64,000 bases of DNA, taken from NCBI GenBank assembly GCA_024402025.1, contig JAKSJY010000001.1, positions 84 to 64,083 of the forward strand, written 5' to 3'. This document shows positions 20,984 to 30,088 of the stretch, piece after piece. The notes below the pieces were generated by a model. It saw only the letters and a program-made list of their open reading frames with translations, had not been told where the DNA came from and did no database searches. A program made the position numbers and the translations under genes. The DNA is from Bacteroidales bacterium (GTDB lineage Bacteria > Bacteroidota > Bacteroidia > Bacteroidales > UBA932). How positions within the stretch are numbered: the first letter of the stretch is position 1; each line of letters starts with the position of its first letter.

Positions 20984-21489
20984 TGGAAAAGTGCCTTATA
21001 GTTGCAATCGCCGACAATCTCGGAATTGGCGTCAAGGGTGCGCTCCCCTGGCACCTTGCCGAGGACCTGAAGTATTTCAAGCGCATCACGCACGGCTATC
21101 CGGTCATAATGGGCCGCACCACGTATTTTTCCATAGGCAGGCCTCTGCCCGGCAGGATGAACATAGTCCTGTTGTGCTGAGGTTACCTGTTCGCGGAGGT
21201 GTTCTGCGTTGGGTCTTTCGATGGGGTGTATGCCGTAGCCGCTTCGGGCGGGACGGACAAATGTTTCATCATCGGAGGGGCGTCCGTTTACCGTGCGGCG
21301 ATGGACAGTATGGACAAACTGTACATAACCCACGTCCATACGGAGGTAAAGGATGCGGATGCGTTCTTTCCCGCAATAGATCCTGCAAAATGGACGGTCG
21401 GATCCAAGTCCGGGACGTTTACCGACCCGGAGACAGGATTGAATTTCGAGTTCGTGGTTTACGAAAGGCGTTCCGAAAGCCAGGCGTAG
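20980..21489 (+). pseudogene. folA: Dihydrofolate reductase interrupted by an in-frame TGA at 21178-21180 (pseudogene, read-through or assembly error)
   Basis: 5' half has IVAIA...[14 protein letters not shown]...[21 protein letters not shown]; 3' half in the same frame has FIIGGASVY...LYITHV....DAFFP. Directly follows thyA. Confidence 0.85.
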
Positions 21490-22010
21490 TTGATTTTCTG
21501 CATCCCGGACACCTGGAGCGAGGGGTTACGGGAAATGATAGCCAGTGCGTCGGCATAAACGTTTCCTCCGACTTCCAGCATCTGCATCTGCCCGTCCTGC
21601 GGGTAGGTGAAGGTCATTTCTCCGTCTGCGCCGTCAATCTTCAGGAATTTCAGGTCCACGTCCTTGCCGAGTTCCCGCCTTGTGACGAACTTGCAGATTT
21701 CCACGGCGATGTCGGAGAGGCCAGCGTCGAAGATTTTCACTTTTTCCATCAGGCTTCCCAAATCCTCCACCATACGGCAGGTATAGCCGTCGGGAACCTG
21801 CTGGACGTTAAGTGTGGTCGGACTGAAAACGACGAGAATCTTTTCCAGGGCGTCGTGATATATGAAAGGCCCCTCCGCGAGGCAGGGAGTTCCGCATTGG
21901 GGACAGCGGAGCAGAAACAGAGAACCGTCCTTCACCTTTTCCTTGAGGGAGGCGTCGATTGTCGTCGGGATTCCGGGCTCCCAGACGCGGCCGCATTTCA
22001 CACAAATCAT
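21459..22010 (-). CDS. CpXC-domain (two CxxC Zn-ribbon) protein
   Basis: CVKC...LKEKVKDGSLFLLRCPQCG...FIYHD...RMV.....LMEKVKIFDAGL.D..VE pattern typical of the CpXC family. Confidence 0.8.
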   Translation of the reverse strand: MICVKCGRVWEPGIPTTIDASLKEKVKDGSLFLLRCPQCGTPCLAEGPFIYHDALEKILVVFSPTTLNVQQVPDGYTCRMVEDLGSLMEKVKIFDAGLSDIAVEICKFVTRRELGKDVDLKFLKIDGADGEMTFTYPQDGQMQMLEVGGNVYADALAIISRNPSLQVSGMQKINYAWLSERLS

Positions 22011-24709
22011 ATATCTACCGAAAAAATTGCGGACACTTGATGGGGGCTGCCCGGCAAGCCCGTTGAATAGTTGTACTGTATTCCAAGCCTGATGGCGGTT
22101 CTTATCACCCAGAGGTTGCCCAGGACGGCATCGGCTCCCAGCCCGAACGAATTGACCCTCATGCTTCCGGAGGGGATGGCGGTGCGGACGAAGGAGTACT
22201 GGGGATAAAGTTCGAAATTCCTTACATATATGAAATCCTTCCAGTGCCAGTCCACGGATGCGAACGGGAGCGCGTATTTCACCCGGACCGTCGTCTGTCC
22301 GCTGTGTCCGATATGTTGGGCTGATGCAAACAGGCCGTGGGTGCGAAGGACTCCGGGGAGGTAGGCGTAAAGAAGGCCGTAAGCCTTGTTGTTGGCCACT
22401 CCGGCTTCCAGGCCGACACCCAGTCTGGGGTAGATGCAGGATGATGGAACCGGCCGCATCGTGTAAGCCCTCACTCCCACCATATATCCGTATTTGGGCC
22501 CTGCGAAAGAGAAGGTTGCGTTAGGAATCACTCCCCGCTGCCATCCTCCGCCGGAGAAGTTGAGAGGGATGTAACTGGAAACGGTGCCGCGGACGCAGCT
22601 GCGGTCGAAGTCCAGGGAAGCTTTCACAACGGGCAGCACTCCGTAATAGCCGAGGTTGATATGCGCGCCTCCTCCCCAGCCGAGGGAGTCGACAGGAGAA
22701 TAACTGCATCCGGCATATCCGGCAAAGGTGTTGAGGTCGTTATGGAAGAAGACGGTGGCCCCGGGAGCGAGGTCGGTCGTGAGGCTCTCGAAGCTCAGTT
22801 CCGCGAGTTCGTCATAGTCGGCCCAGGCGGGGAGCCACGAATGGATCTTCACCAGATGTTTCGCCTGTGAGTACTTCTGCGGCTCCGGCTCTTCTATTTC
22901 GAAGCGCTCGTCCAGCCATTCGGGCTCGGAATCGCTCAGGTCGTCCGCTTCGGGGTATATGTGGTTGAGTCCGAACTTCACGATTTCGGAGGGGAGGTCG
23001 TCCTGCGAACTGCGGTATATCATCCTTCCGTTAGGTTTCAGCGCCGTGAAATACAGGGAATCACCATTGAAGGAAAAGTCTTTTCCTCCGCGCGGGAGGT
23101 TCGTTTCCTGCACGACTTTCCCGCTGTACGGATCCAGGGAATAGAGTTCGTTCTCGCCATTCCGGTCGCTTGTGAAATAAAGGCGGCCGTCATACTCCCT
23201 GATGTGGTTTATCTTGGCCGTCGAGGGCTTGAGCACGCAGCGGAAGTTGCTTGCGCGGTATATTCCGATTCCGTCCAAACTCTGCCCTACCACATAAAGG
23301 ATGTCTTCCAGCCAAACGGGTTCAAGCGCAAGGATTCCGTCCGGTGCGGGATATGTTTCCACCGCCTCTCCGTCCGCTTCGCTCAGAACGACAACCCTCG
23401 AGGCTCCGTCCGGCAGGGTTTCCGCTACGGCGACAAGGGAATCGAGGCTGTTCGGGGCCGGGTTGAAGTATCTGTGCCTTTCGGCGCGGCGTCCGTCTCC
23501 GGCAAGGACGTGTTGCCTGGGGTCTCCGGGAGTCATCCACTTCAGGACCGAATAAGAGTGATGCTCATAGCGGATGTCGGGCGTGAATTCCGTCCAATAT
23601 ATCCTTCCGCTTACAGGGCTGTACTGGAGGGGGGAGGTTTCGGATGAAAAAGGGCGTATCGTCCTTGCACGGCCTTTGTCCAGACGGACGAGGGTGGTGG
23701 CACGGGCGAGGCCGCTTCTGGTAGCGAAGATGCCTTCCGGGGATGGAACGAGATTGGAGTATTCTTCGAAGAAGGTCCCCGGGCGGGTAAGCCTTTCCTT
23801 CGGCTGGAAGGGCGCCCTGGCTTCGAGGTCCTCGGTCCAACGCTTCCCGAAGGCGTCCATGATGGCTTCATATGCTTCCGGGAACGTCAGTGAGGTGCTT
23901 TCCTCGACGGTCCGGTTGAAATTGTCCAGCCTGCCTTTAGCGCCCTTTGTAAACAGGCGCCTGTAGGTGTCGGCCATAAAGTTCGGGGCATTCAGGTCCG
24001 AACGTATGCCGGCCTGCATCAGATAGCCGATCTTGTAATAGTCGGGGGTGAAACGGTCCAGCGAACCGTAGCGCCACTGCCAGTAGTTACGATTCTCCCC
24101 TTCGTCACAGCACACCCTGTAATACTCCAGAAAATCGGCGCATCTTCCGCGCCCGGCCTCCGAAAGGGCGGTCTCCGTAGCGACTGCGTCCCCTTCGAAC
24201 ATTGCGGTGTCATAGCACAGGAGGTCGGAAAGTCCCGCTGACATCTCTCCTGCCACGCAGTACAGCACGCCGAACAGGCCGTTACGCAGAAACTGCTGCT
24301 GGCTGACGTGGCGGCCTTCGTGGATGGAGAGAAGCCTTTGCCAGGGAAGAGCCCCCGGACTGTACATTTCCGGGCCGGTGTACATCTCCATTCTCCTCGG
24401 CGCCCAGACCACCATTCCGTTGGAATAGGCCAAATACGGATGCAGGATGACCGGCATGGGTTTGCGGAACCGGGAGTTCGGCGCGTATCCTATCGTCCCC
24501 TCGAGAGGGCCCCGGGCCATCTCCCACTCTCTCGCATACTCGAAAGCCAGGGAGTCGCAGCCCGCCGGATAGACGAAGCGGTAGTGGTCGGTTGAAAAGG
24601 TGTTCCAACTGACGGAAGGCGCCTCCGTTCCGTATAGTGAGAACTGGGCTCGCAGGGGCAGCGCACAACAGCAGGCGGCGGCCAATATGGAAATGATACG
24701 CCTGGTCAT
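22007..24709 (-). CDS. Exported protein with HEXXH metallopeptidase-like domain, beta-propeller and C-terminal beta-barrel-like region
   Basis: Start at 24709 (MTRRIISILAAACCCALPLRAQF signal peptide); HEGRH plus downstream FEGDAV; TolB/PD40-like LYFTSDRNGENELYSLD; aromatic beta-strand-rich C-terminus. Confidence 0.75.
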   Translation of the reverse strand: MTRRIISILAAACCCALPLRAQFSLYGTEAPSVSWNTFSTDHYRFVYPAGCDSLAFEYAREWEMARGPLEGTIGYAPNSRFRKPMPVILHPYLAYSNGMVVWAPRRMEMYTGPEMYSPGALPWQRLLSIHEGRHVSQQQFLRNGLFGVLYCVAGEMSAGLSDLLCYDTAMFEGDAVATETALSEAGRGRCADFLEYYRVCCDEGENRNYWQWRYGSLDRFTPDYYKIGYLMQAGIRSDLNAPNFMADTYRRLFTKGAKGRLDNFNRTVEESTSLTFPEAYEAIMDAFGKRWTEDLEARAPFQPKERLTRPGTFFEEYSNLVPSPEGIFATRSGLARATTLVRLDKGRARTIRPFSSETSPLQYSPVSGRIYWTEFTPDIRYEHHSYSVLKWMTPGDPRQHVLAGDGRRAERHRYFNPAPNSLDSLVAVAETLPDGASRVVVLSEADGEAVETYPAPDGILALEPVWLEDILYVVGQSLDGIGIYRASNFRCVLKPSTAKINHIREYDGRLYFTSDRNGENELYSLDPYSGKVVQETNLPRGGKDFSFNGDSLYFTALKPNGRMIYRSSQDDLPSEIVKFGLNHIYPEADDLSDSEPEWLDERFEIEEPEPQKYSQAKHLVKIHSWLPAWADYDELAELSFESLTTDLAPGATVFFHNDLNTFAGYAGCSYSPVDSLGWGGGAHINLGYYGVLPVVKASLDFDRSCVRGTVSSYIPLNFSGGGWQRGVIPNATFSFAGPKYGYMVGVRAYTMRPVPSSCIYPRLGVGLEAGVANNKAYGLLYAYLPGVLRTHGLFASAQHIGHSGQTTVRVKYALPFASVDWHWKDFIYVRNFELYPQYSFVRTAIPSGSMRVNSFGLGADAVLGNLWVIRTAIRLGIQYNYSTGLPGSPHQVSAIFSVDI

Positions 24710-24719
24710 ATACAATGAA

Positions 24720-24768
24720 CAAATATAAACAGAAAACCGGCGAAAGTCATAAATTTTTGTTAGATTTG
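24720..24768. promoter_or_regulatory. Divergent -7 boxes (TATATTTG on - at 24720-24727; TAGATTTG on + at 24761-24768)
   Basis: TAnnTTTG consensus on each strand pointing at the flanking divergent genes. Confidence 0.55.
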
Positions 24769-24830
24769 TAAGTCTGTGCATCATATGATGCGCGGCTGCC
24801 ACAGAAACAACTGAATAACAAATAACCATT

Positions 24831-26942
24831 ATGAAAGAGTACTCTACCAAAGACATCCGCAACGTGGTGCTTCTTGGCGCGACAAAGTCCGGCAAGACCT
24901 CGTTGGCTGAATCAATGCTTTTCGAGGGAAAGGTCATTACAAGACGCGGCACCGTTGAAGACAAGAATACGGTTTCCGACAATGACGAACTCGAAAAGCT
25001 CAACCAGAGATCCATTTATGCCACTCCGCTTTATGCAGAGTTCATGGACAAGAAGATCAACTTCATCGATGCCCCCGGAGCCGACGACTTCATCGGAGGT
25101 GCCGTCGCGGCGTTCAAGGTTTGCGAGAACGGTGTGCTGGTAATCAATGCACAGCAGGGTGTCGAGGTCGGCACGCGCGGAATGCTCCGTTACGCCGACA
25201 TATACAAGATTCCCCTCATTATCGCCGTAAACCAGCTCGATGCCGAAAAGGCGGACTGGGACATCGTCCAGAATTCCCTGAAGGAGACCCTCGGCTCCAA
25301 GATGATAAACATCCAGTTCCCCACCTCTACCGGCGCCGGATTCGACGGTTTCGTGGACGTGCTGATGATGAAGTACTACCACTTCAAGGACGAGAACGGT
25401 ACACGCGAGGACCTCGAAATCCCCGCACAGTTTGCAGACAAGGCCGAGGAGCTTCGTCAGGAGCTTATCGAGAAGGCCGCAGAATTCGACGACTCCCTGA
25501 TGGAGAAGTTCTTCGAGGCCGGGACCCTTACCGAGGATGAAATCCGCTCGGGTCTCGCAAAGGGTATCGCGGCCCGCGAGGTGTATCCCGTATTCTGCAC
25601 TTCCGCAAAGAAGGAAATCGGAGTCAAGAGGCTTCTCGAATTCATCAAGAACGTTGCCGCCGCACCTGACTGCGACGAGACCAAACCCGCTTCCCTCTTC
25701 ATCTACAAGAACGATATGGAGCAGCACCTCGGCGAGGTTTCATACTTCAAGGTTATGAGCGGAACCGTTACCGCGGGCGTCGACTTCGAAGATGCGGCAT
25801 CCGGAAACAAGGAGCGCTTCTCCGCAATCTATGCGGTTGCAGGACAGAAGAAGGAACCCGTCAACAGCCTCAAGGCCGGAGATCTCGGATGCGTTGTCAA
25901 ACTCAAGAACGGCAAGACCGACATCACCCTTTCTGCTCCCGGCAGCGGAATCGTATACGACAAGATCGTTTATCCTGCAGCGAAATACCGCGCAGCCATC
26001 AAGGCCAAGGTTCAGCAGGACGACCAGAAACTCGGGGATGCCCTCAAGAAGATTTCCTCCCAGGATCCCACCGTCATCGTGGAATACTCCAAGGAACTCC
26101 GCCAGACTATCATCTCCTGCAACGGAGAGCAGCATATCAACGTGGTGAAGTGGCGCCTCAACAATGAATTCGGTCTTGAAATCGAACTCTTCGCTCCGAA
26201 GGTTCCTTACCGTGAGACCATTACCAAGGTGGCCTGCGCACAGTACCGCCACAAGAAGCAGTCCGGCGGCGCCGGACAGTTCGGAGAGGTTCACCTCCTC
26301 GTCTGCCCCGCCGAAGGCGAGCTCAACACCAAGTTCAAGATTGACGGAAAGGACACTCAGCTCAACGTCAAGACCCAGGACATCACCGATCTCGAGTGGG
26401 GTGGCAAACTTGAGTTCTACAACTGCGTCGTCGGCGGTGCCATCGACCTCGGATTCATGCCCGCCATCCTCAAGGGTATCAAGGAGCGTATGGTAGAAGG
26501 CCCTCTTACGGGTTCCTATGCGCGCGATATCCGCGTCTTCGTATATGACGGAAAGATGCACCCCGTTGATTCGAAGGAAATCGCCTTCATCATTGCAGGC
26601 CGCAACGCCTTCAAGGAGGCCTTCCGCAATGCGGGTCCGAAGATCCTCGAGCCTATATACAACGTGGAGATTCTTACCCCTGCAGAATACCAGGGTGCCG
26701 TGATGTCGGATATCCAGAACCGTCGCGGCATGCTTGGAGATATGGGTTCGGACAAGGGATTCGCCGTCCTCAAGGCACGCGTTCCTCTTGCAGAGCTTTA
26801 CCGTTATTCTACAACCCTGAGTTCCATCACATCCGGTAGCGCAACCTTCACCATGGAGTTTGCAGACTACCAGCCGGTACCCGGGGATGTCCAGGCGAAA
26901 CTGCTTGCAGAATATGCGGCGGCGGACCAGGAAGAAGAATAG
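24831..26942 (+). CDS. fusA2: Elongation factor G paralog (EF-G2 type)
   Basis: IRNVVLLGATKSGKT, DAPGADDF, NQLD, PKVPYRETI, HKKQSGGAGQFGEV, DGKMHPVDS, ILEP. Confidence 0.9.
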   Translation: MKEYSTKDIRNVVLLGATKSGKTSLAESMLFEGKVITRRGTVEDKNTVSDNDELEKLNQRSIYATPLYAEFMDKKINFIDAPGADDFIGGAVAAFKVCENGVLVINAQQGVEVGTRGMLRYADIYKIPLIIAVNQLDAEKADWDIVQNSLKETLGSKMINIQFPTSTGAGFDGFVDVLMMKYYHFKDENGTREDLEIPAQFADKAEELRQELIEKAAEFDDSLMEKFFEAGTLTEDEIRSGLAKGIAAREVYPVFCTSAKKEIGVKRLLEFIKNVAAAPDCDETKPASLFIYKNDMEQHLGEVSYFKVMSGTVTAGVDFEDAASGNKERFSAIYAVAGQKKEPVNSLKAGDLGCVVKLKNGKTDITLSAPGSGIVYDKIVYPAAKYRAAIKAKVQQDDQKLGDALKKISSQDPTVIVEYSKELRQTIISCNGEQHINVVKWRLNNEFGLEIELFAPKVPYRETITKVACAQYRHKKQSGGAGQFGEVHLLVCPAEGELNTKFKIDGKDTQLNVKTQDITDLEWGGKLEFYNCVVGGAIDLGFMPAILKGIKERMVEGPLTGSYARDIRVFVYDGKMHPVDSKEIAFIIAGRNAFKEAFRNAGPKILEPIYNVEILTPAEYQGAVMSDIQNRRGMLGDMGSDKGFAVLKARVPLAELYRYSTTLSSITSGSATFTMEFADYQPVPGDVQAKLLAEYAAADQEEE

Positions 26943-26954
26943 TTCCGCTAAAAA

Positions 26955-27569
26955 TCAAAATAGCGTTGGTTCAAGAGCTTCCGGATGGAAGCTCTTTCTG
27001 TGCCAGGGGGTGAAACCGTGCCGCTTGATGGCTTCGATGTGTTCCCTGGTAGGATAACCCATATTGCGGTCCCAGCCGTACTCGGGGAAGAGTTTCGAGA
27101 GTTCGCACATGAAATCGTCCCTATAAGTCTTGGCGAGGATGGAGGCGGCGGCGATGCTTCGGAAAGTGGCGTCTCCGTGGACAATGGTCCTGTATTTGTC
27201 AGGCCCGGAGTAGGTGTCGAAGGGGCGGAAACGGTTTCCGTCTACAAGGATGAAATCCGGACGCGGGTCCAGCCTGAGCACTGCCCGCTGCATCCCCGTC
27301 ACGGAAGCCCACAATATGTTCAGTTCGTCGATTTCTTCGGGGCTGACGGCTTCCACGGTCCAGGTTACGGCTTCCCGCTCGATGATGGGACGAAGAATCT
27401 CGCGCGCCTTGCGGGACAGCTGCTTGGAGTCGTTGAGCAGGGGGTGGTGGAAGTCGGGAGGAAGAATCACCGCCGCGGCATATACCGGTCCTGCAAGAGG
27501 ACCTCTTCCGGCCTCGTCGCAGCCGGCTTCGAGACGGCCGGGTTCCAGACAGGGGAGAAGGTCCGCCAT
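26955..27569 (-). CDS. rnhB: Ribonuclease HII
   Basis: [46 protein letters not shown]; start at 27569 overlapping the upstream TGA. Confidence 0.95.
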   Translation of the reverse strand: MADLLPCLEPGRLEAGCDEAGRGPLAGPVYAAAVILPPDFHHPLLNDSKQLSRKAREILRPIIEREAVTWTVEAVSPEEIDELNILWASVTGMQRAVLRLDPRPDFILVDGNRFRPFDTYSGPDKYRTIVHGDATFRSIAAASILAKTYRDDFMCELSKLFPEYGWDRNMGYPTREHIEAIKRHGFTPWHRKSFHPEALEPTLF

Positions 27570-28708
27570 CACTTTACAAGCCATTTTTCCGGATCCTGGA
27601 CTGCAGAGGATTTCCAGATTTGGAAGTGGAGCTGGGTTTCTCCGTTGATGGTGTCCACGGCTCCGAGCTGCCTGCCGCCCGGGATTTTCTGGCCGGCCTT
27701 CACCTGGACATCCTTGAGTCCGCAATAGAAGGAGTAATATTCTCCGTGCTGGACAAGTACGCACTGGTTGTATCCGGGCATTATCACCACGTTGCAGACG
27801 GTCCCCTCGAATATTGAATATACGGGGGCATCCTTCTCGACGGCAATGCTCACTCCCTTGCTTTTCACCTTTACGGTTTTCATCACGGGATGGGCGTGCT
27901 CGCCGAAGCGTTCGACGACCACACCGTCCACTGGCCACGGCAGCCTCCCCTTGTTGGACGAGAATTCCCCGGAGAGTTTCTTGTCGGCGGCGGACATCAC
28001 TTTCTTTCCCACCATTCCCTGGACTTTCCTGTCGAGTTCGTCGGCGCGTTTCTGCTTTGCGGCGATCTCTTTCCTGCATCGGGCCGTGTCTTTTTTCAGT
28101 TTCGCTATTATCGCCTTCTCGCTGTTTTCCGCCGACTTGAGCTTGCTGTATTCCCTGTTTCTGCTTTCAAGGACCTTCAGGGAGGCGTTGCGCAGCGTCT
28201 CAAGTTCTTTTTTCTGCAGCTCGAGGGCTTCCCGGTCGGAGATGATTTTTTCCGCTCTGGAATGCATCCGGGTGGACATCTGTTTTAGATAGGAATAGCG
28301 GTGCAGGCCCTGGCTGATGTTGTCCCCGGTAAGTATGTACATGAACCAGATTCTCGGGTCCCTGTTCACGTAAGCCGTACGGATAAGTTTCTTGTAGTAG
28401 AAGAGGGCGGTGTCGAGCTGCCTTTGAGCGTCGGCGATTTCCCTCCGCTTCGCCTTTATCTTCGCGTTGTATCCCGCCACCTCCGCGTCGGCGGCTTTCA
28501 CCAGAGCGCGGTGCGCGCTGACCTTTTTCTGTGTGAGTTTCAGCCTTGCCGTCGCATCTGCGGATTTTGATGAATTCGCCGCAATCTGCCTGTCGAGCCT
28601 GGCTATCTCCTCATCGAGGCGTTCGCGCTCGGTCTTGTTCTGGGCTGACAGTCCGGAAGAGACCATCAGAAAACATAGGTAAAGCAGAAATGTCAGGGCT
28701 CGTTTCAT
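27569..28708 (-). CDS. Murein hydrolase activator EnvC-like (coiled coil plus degenerate M23 domain)
   Basis: Signal peptide, long coiled coil, [12 protein letters not shown]; M23 fold lacking most Zn ligands (SKGVSI, QLHFQIW). Confidence 0.85.
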   Translation of the reverse strand: MKRALTFLLYLCFLMVSSGLSAQNKTERERLDEEIARLDRQIAANSSKSADATARLKLTQKKVSAHRALVKAADAEVAGYNAKIKAKRREIADAQRQLDTALFYYKKLIRTAYVNRDPRIWFMYILTGDNISQGLHRYSYLKQMSTRMHSRAEKIISDREALELQKKELETLRNASLKVLESRNREYSKLKSAENSEKAIIAKLKKDTARCRKEIAAKQKRADELDRKVQGMVGKKVMSAADKKLSGEFSSNKGRLPWPVDGVVVERFGEHAHPVMKTVKVKSKGVSIAVEKDAPVYSIFEGTVCNVVIMPGYNQCVLVQHGEYYSFYCGLKDVQVKAGQKIPGGRQLGAVDTINGETQLHFQIWKSSAVQDPEKWLVK

Positions 28709-30039
28709 TTGGAGTTCTTTTCGGAGAGATTCTTGTAATAGTTTGCGAGATCCTTCTCTCCCAGGGCCTCCAGTACCTTGGAATAATGTTCCAGTACGTT
28801 GGCGTTATCCTTCCCGCCGTAGATGATGGCTTTCTTGAAATACGGTTTGGCCTCGGCGGGCTTGTGCATCTTATACAGGATCCACCCGTAGGTGTCGAGT
28901 GCCGACGGGCTTTCCGGAGTCAGTTCCAGTGCCCTCCGGCTTATCTCCTCCGCTTTTTTCAGGCTTCCGCCTTCTTCGCACAGGTAGTATGCATAGTTGT
29001 TGAGCAGAAGTCCGTCTTCCGGATTGGCGGAAATAGCCTTCTCATAGAAGGAGAACGTTTTTCTTTTTTTGCCCAGTGTGTAGCAGCAATCTCCGGCAGT
29101 GCCAAGCAGCGCCGCTTTTTCCTTGTCCGAGAGTTTGCATTCGGAAAGCATCGACAGACATTGGGAAAGGGCCTTCCCGTAATCTTCCTCCAGCATATAG
29201 AAAGTCAGAAGATTGTTCCTTGCGCTATAGGAATCGGAACTTTCCTTCTCCATCGTCTCGAAATGCTCGAGGGCCTTTTCCGGTCTTCCGCTACTGTAGA
29301 ACCACCACCCGGCGAGAGCAAGGCAGTCGGCATCGGTCGGGTTCACCTCAAGCGGCGCCGTCGCGAGTTCGTCCAGCTGTTTGCCCCAGACCTGGAAGAA
29401 GCGGGAGTCCACTTTCTGAAGGAAGGCATTTATGCAGTTGCAAACCCCTTCGGGCTCGAGATAGGGCGATCTCGCAATCTTGTACATCTCGACGAAAAAT
29501 GCAGGGTAATTCCGCCTTGCAAAATATACATCGGCAATGGCAAGCCTTGCGGACGCATAGCTTTCATCTATATCCAGAGCTTCCTGGAAATATTTCATCG
29601 CGGTGGAGTCCCGGCGGTTGCGCAACTCCGCGTCCCCGAGCATTGTGAGGACATACGGGGTTCTGTATTTTGCGGGGGACATCCGCACCAGTTTCCGGCA
29701 GATTTCGGCAACGGTGTTCTGGTCCTGCCTGTCGTATGCAAGGTTCAGTGCGGTCTCAAGGTACGCGCTGTTGTCGGGACTGAGGGCCGTTGCCTTGTCG
29801 ATGCAGTCCTTTGCCGCGTCCAGATCGCCGGTCGAGCAAAGGTACAGTCCTAAATAATAAAGTGCGGCATCGTCTGTGGAGTCCGCCTCGATACGGGCAC
29901 GGCAGTCCGCCTCCATCCTGTCGAGGCGGTTGTCCGCAAACGCTTGCGCAATGTCCACGATGGACGGAATGTCCTGGGCCACAGAGTATTCTATGGACAG
30001 CAGGCACAAGGCGACAAACAAAAGGGATTTGCGGATCAT
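28705..30039 (-). CDS. Exported tetratricopeptide-repeat protein
   Basis: Signal peptide from ATG 30039; LLNNYAYYL, ALDTYGWILYK and VLEHY TPR motifs. Confidence 0.85.
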   Translation of the reverse strand: MIRKSLLFVALCLLSIEYSVAQDIPSIVDIAQAFADNRLDRMEADCRARIEADSTDDAALYYLGLYLCSTGDLDAAKDCIDKATALSPDNSAYLETALNLAYDRQDQNTVAEICRKLVRMSPAKYRTPYVLTMLGDAELRNRRDSTAMKYFQEALDIDESYASARLAIADVYFARRNYPAFFVEMYKIARSPYLEPEGVCNCINAFLQKVDSRFFQVWGKQLDELATAPLEVNPTDADCLALAGWWFYSSGRPEKALEHFETMEKESSDSYSARNNLLTFYMLEEDYGKALSQCLSMLSECKLSDKEKAALLGTAGDCCYTLGKKRKTFSFYEKAISANPEDGLLLNNYAYYLCEEGGSLKKAEEISRRALELTPESPSALDTYGWILYKMHKPAEAKPYFKKAIIYGGKDNANVLEHYSKVLEALGEKDLANYYKNLSEKNSK

Positions 30040-30045
30040 AGAATG

Positions 30046-30073
30046 CAAAAATAACACAATTTGTGTACTTTTG
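30046..30073. promoter_or_regulatory. Divergent -7 boxes (TATTTTTG on -, TACTTTTG on +)
   Basis: caaaaata at 30046-30053 and tacttttg at 30066-30073. Confidence 0.55.
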
Positions 30074-30088
30074 TAAGAAGAAAAAAGG

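Noticed and set aside
21178-21180. Genome-wide TGA reassignment
   Set aside because: TGA terminates many genes here at their expected C-termini (ruvB, mutS, thyA, aspS, murA), and no other internal TGA was seen.
20973-22040. 355-aa plus-strand ORF overlapping folA, suggesting a frameshifted DHFR
   Set aside because: Both DHFR halves lie in a different, single frame. This ORF has no DHFR motifs and is partly antisense to the CpXC gene.
24710-25015. N-terminal extensions given by the ORF track (also for galM, rnhB, tsaE, murB, mrp, manC and the TPR gene at 30177)
   Set aside because: They overlap neighbouring genes or promoters. Downstream ATGs give family-typical N-termini.
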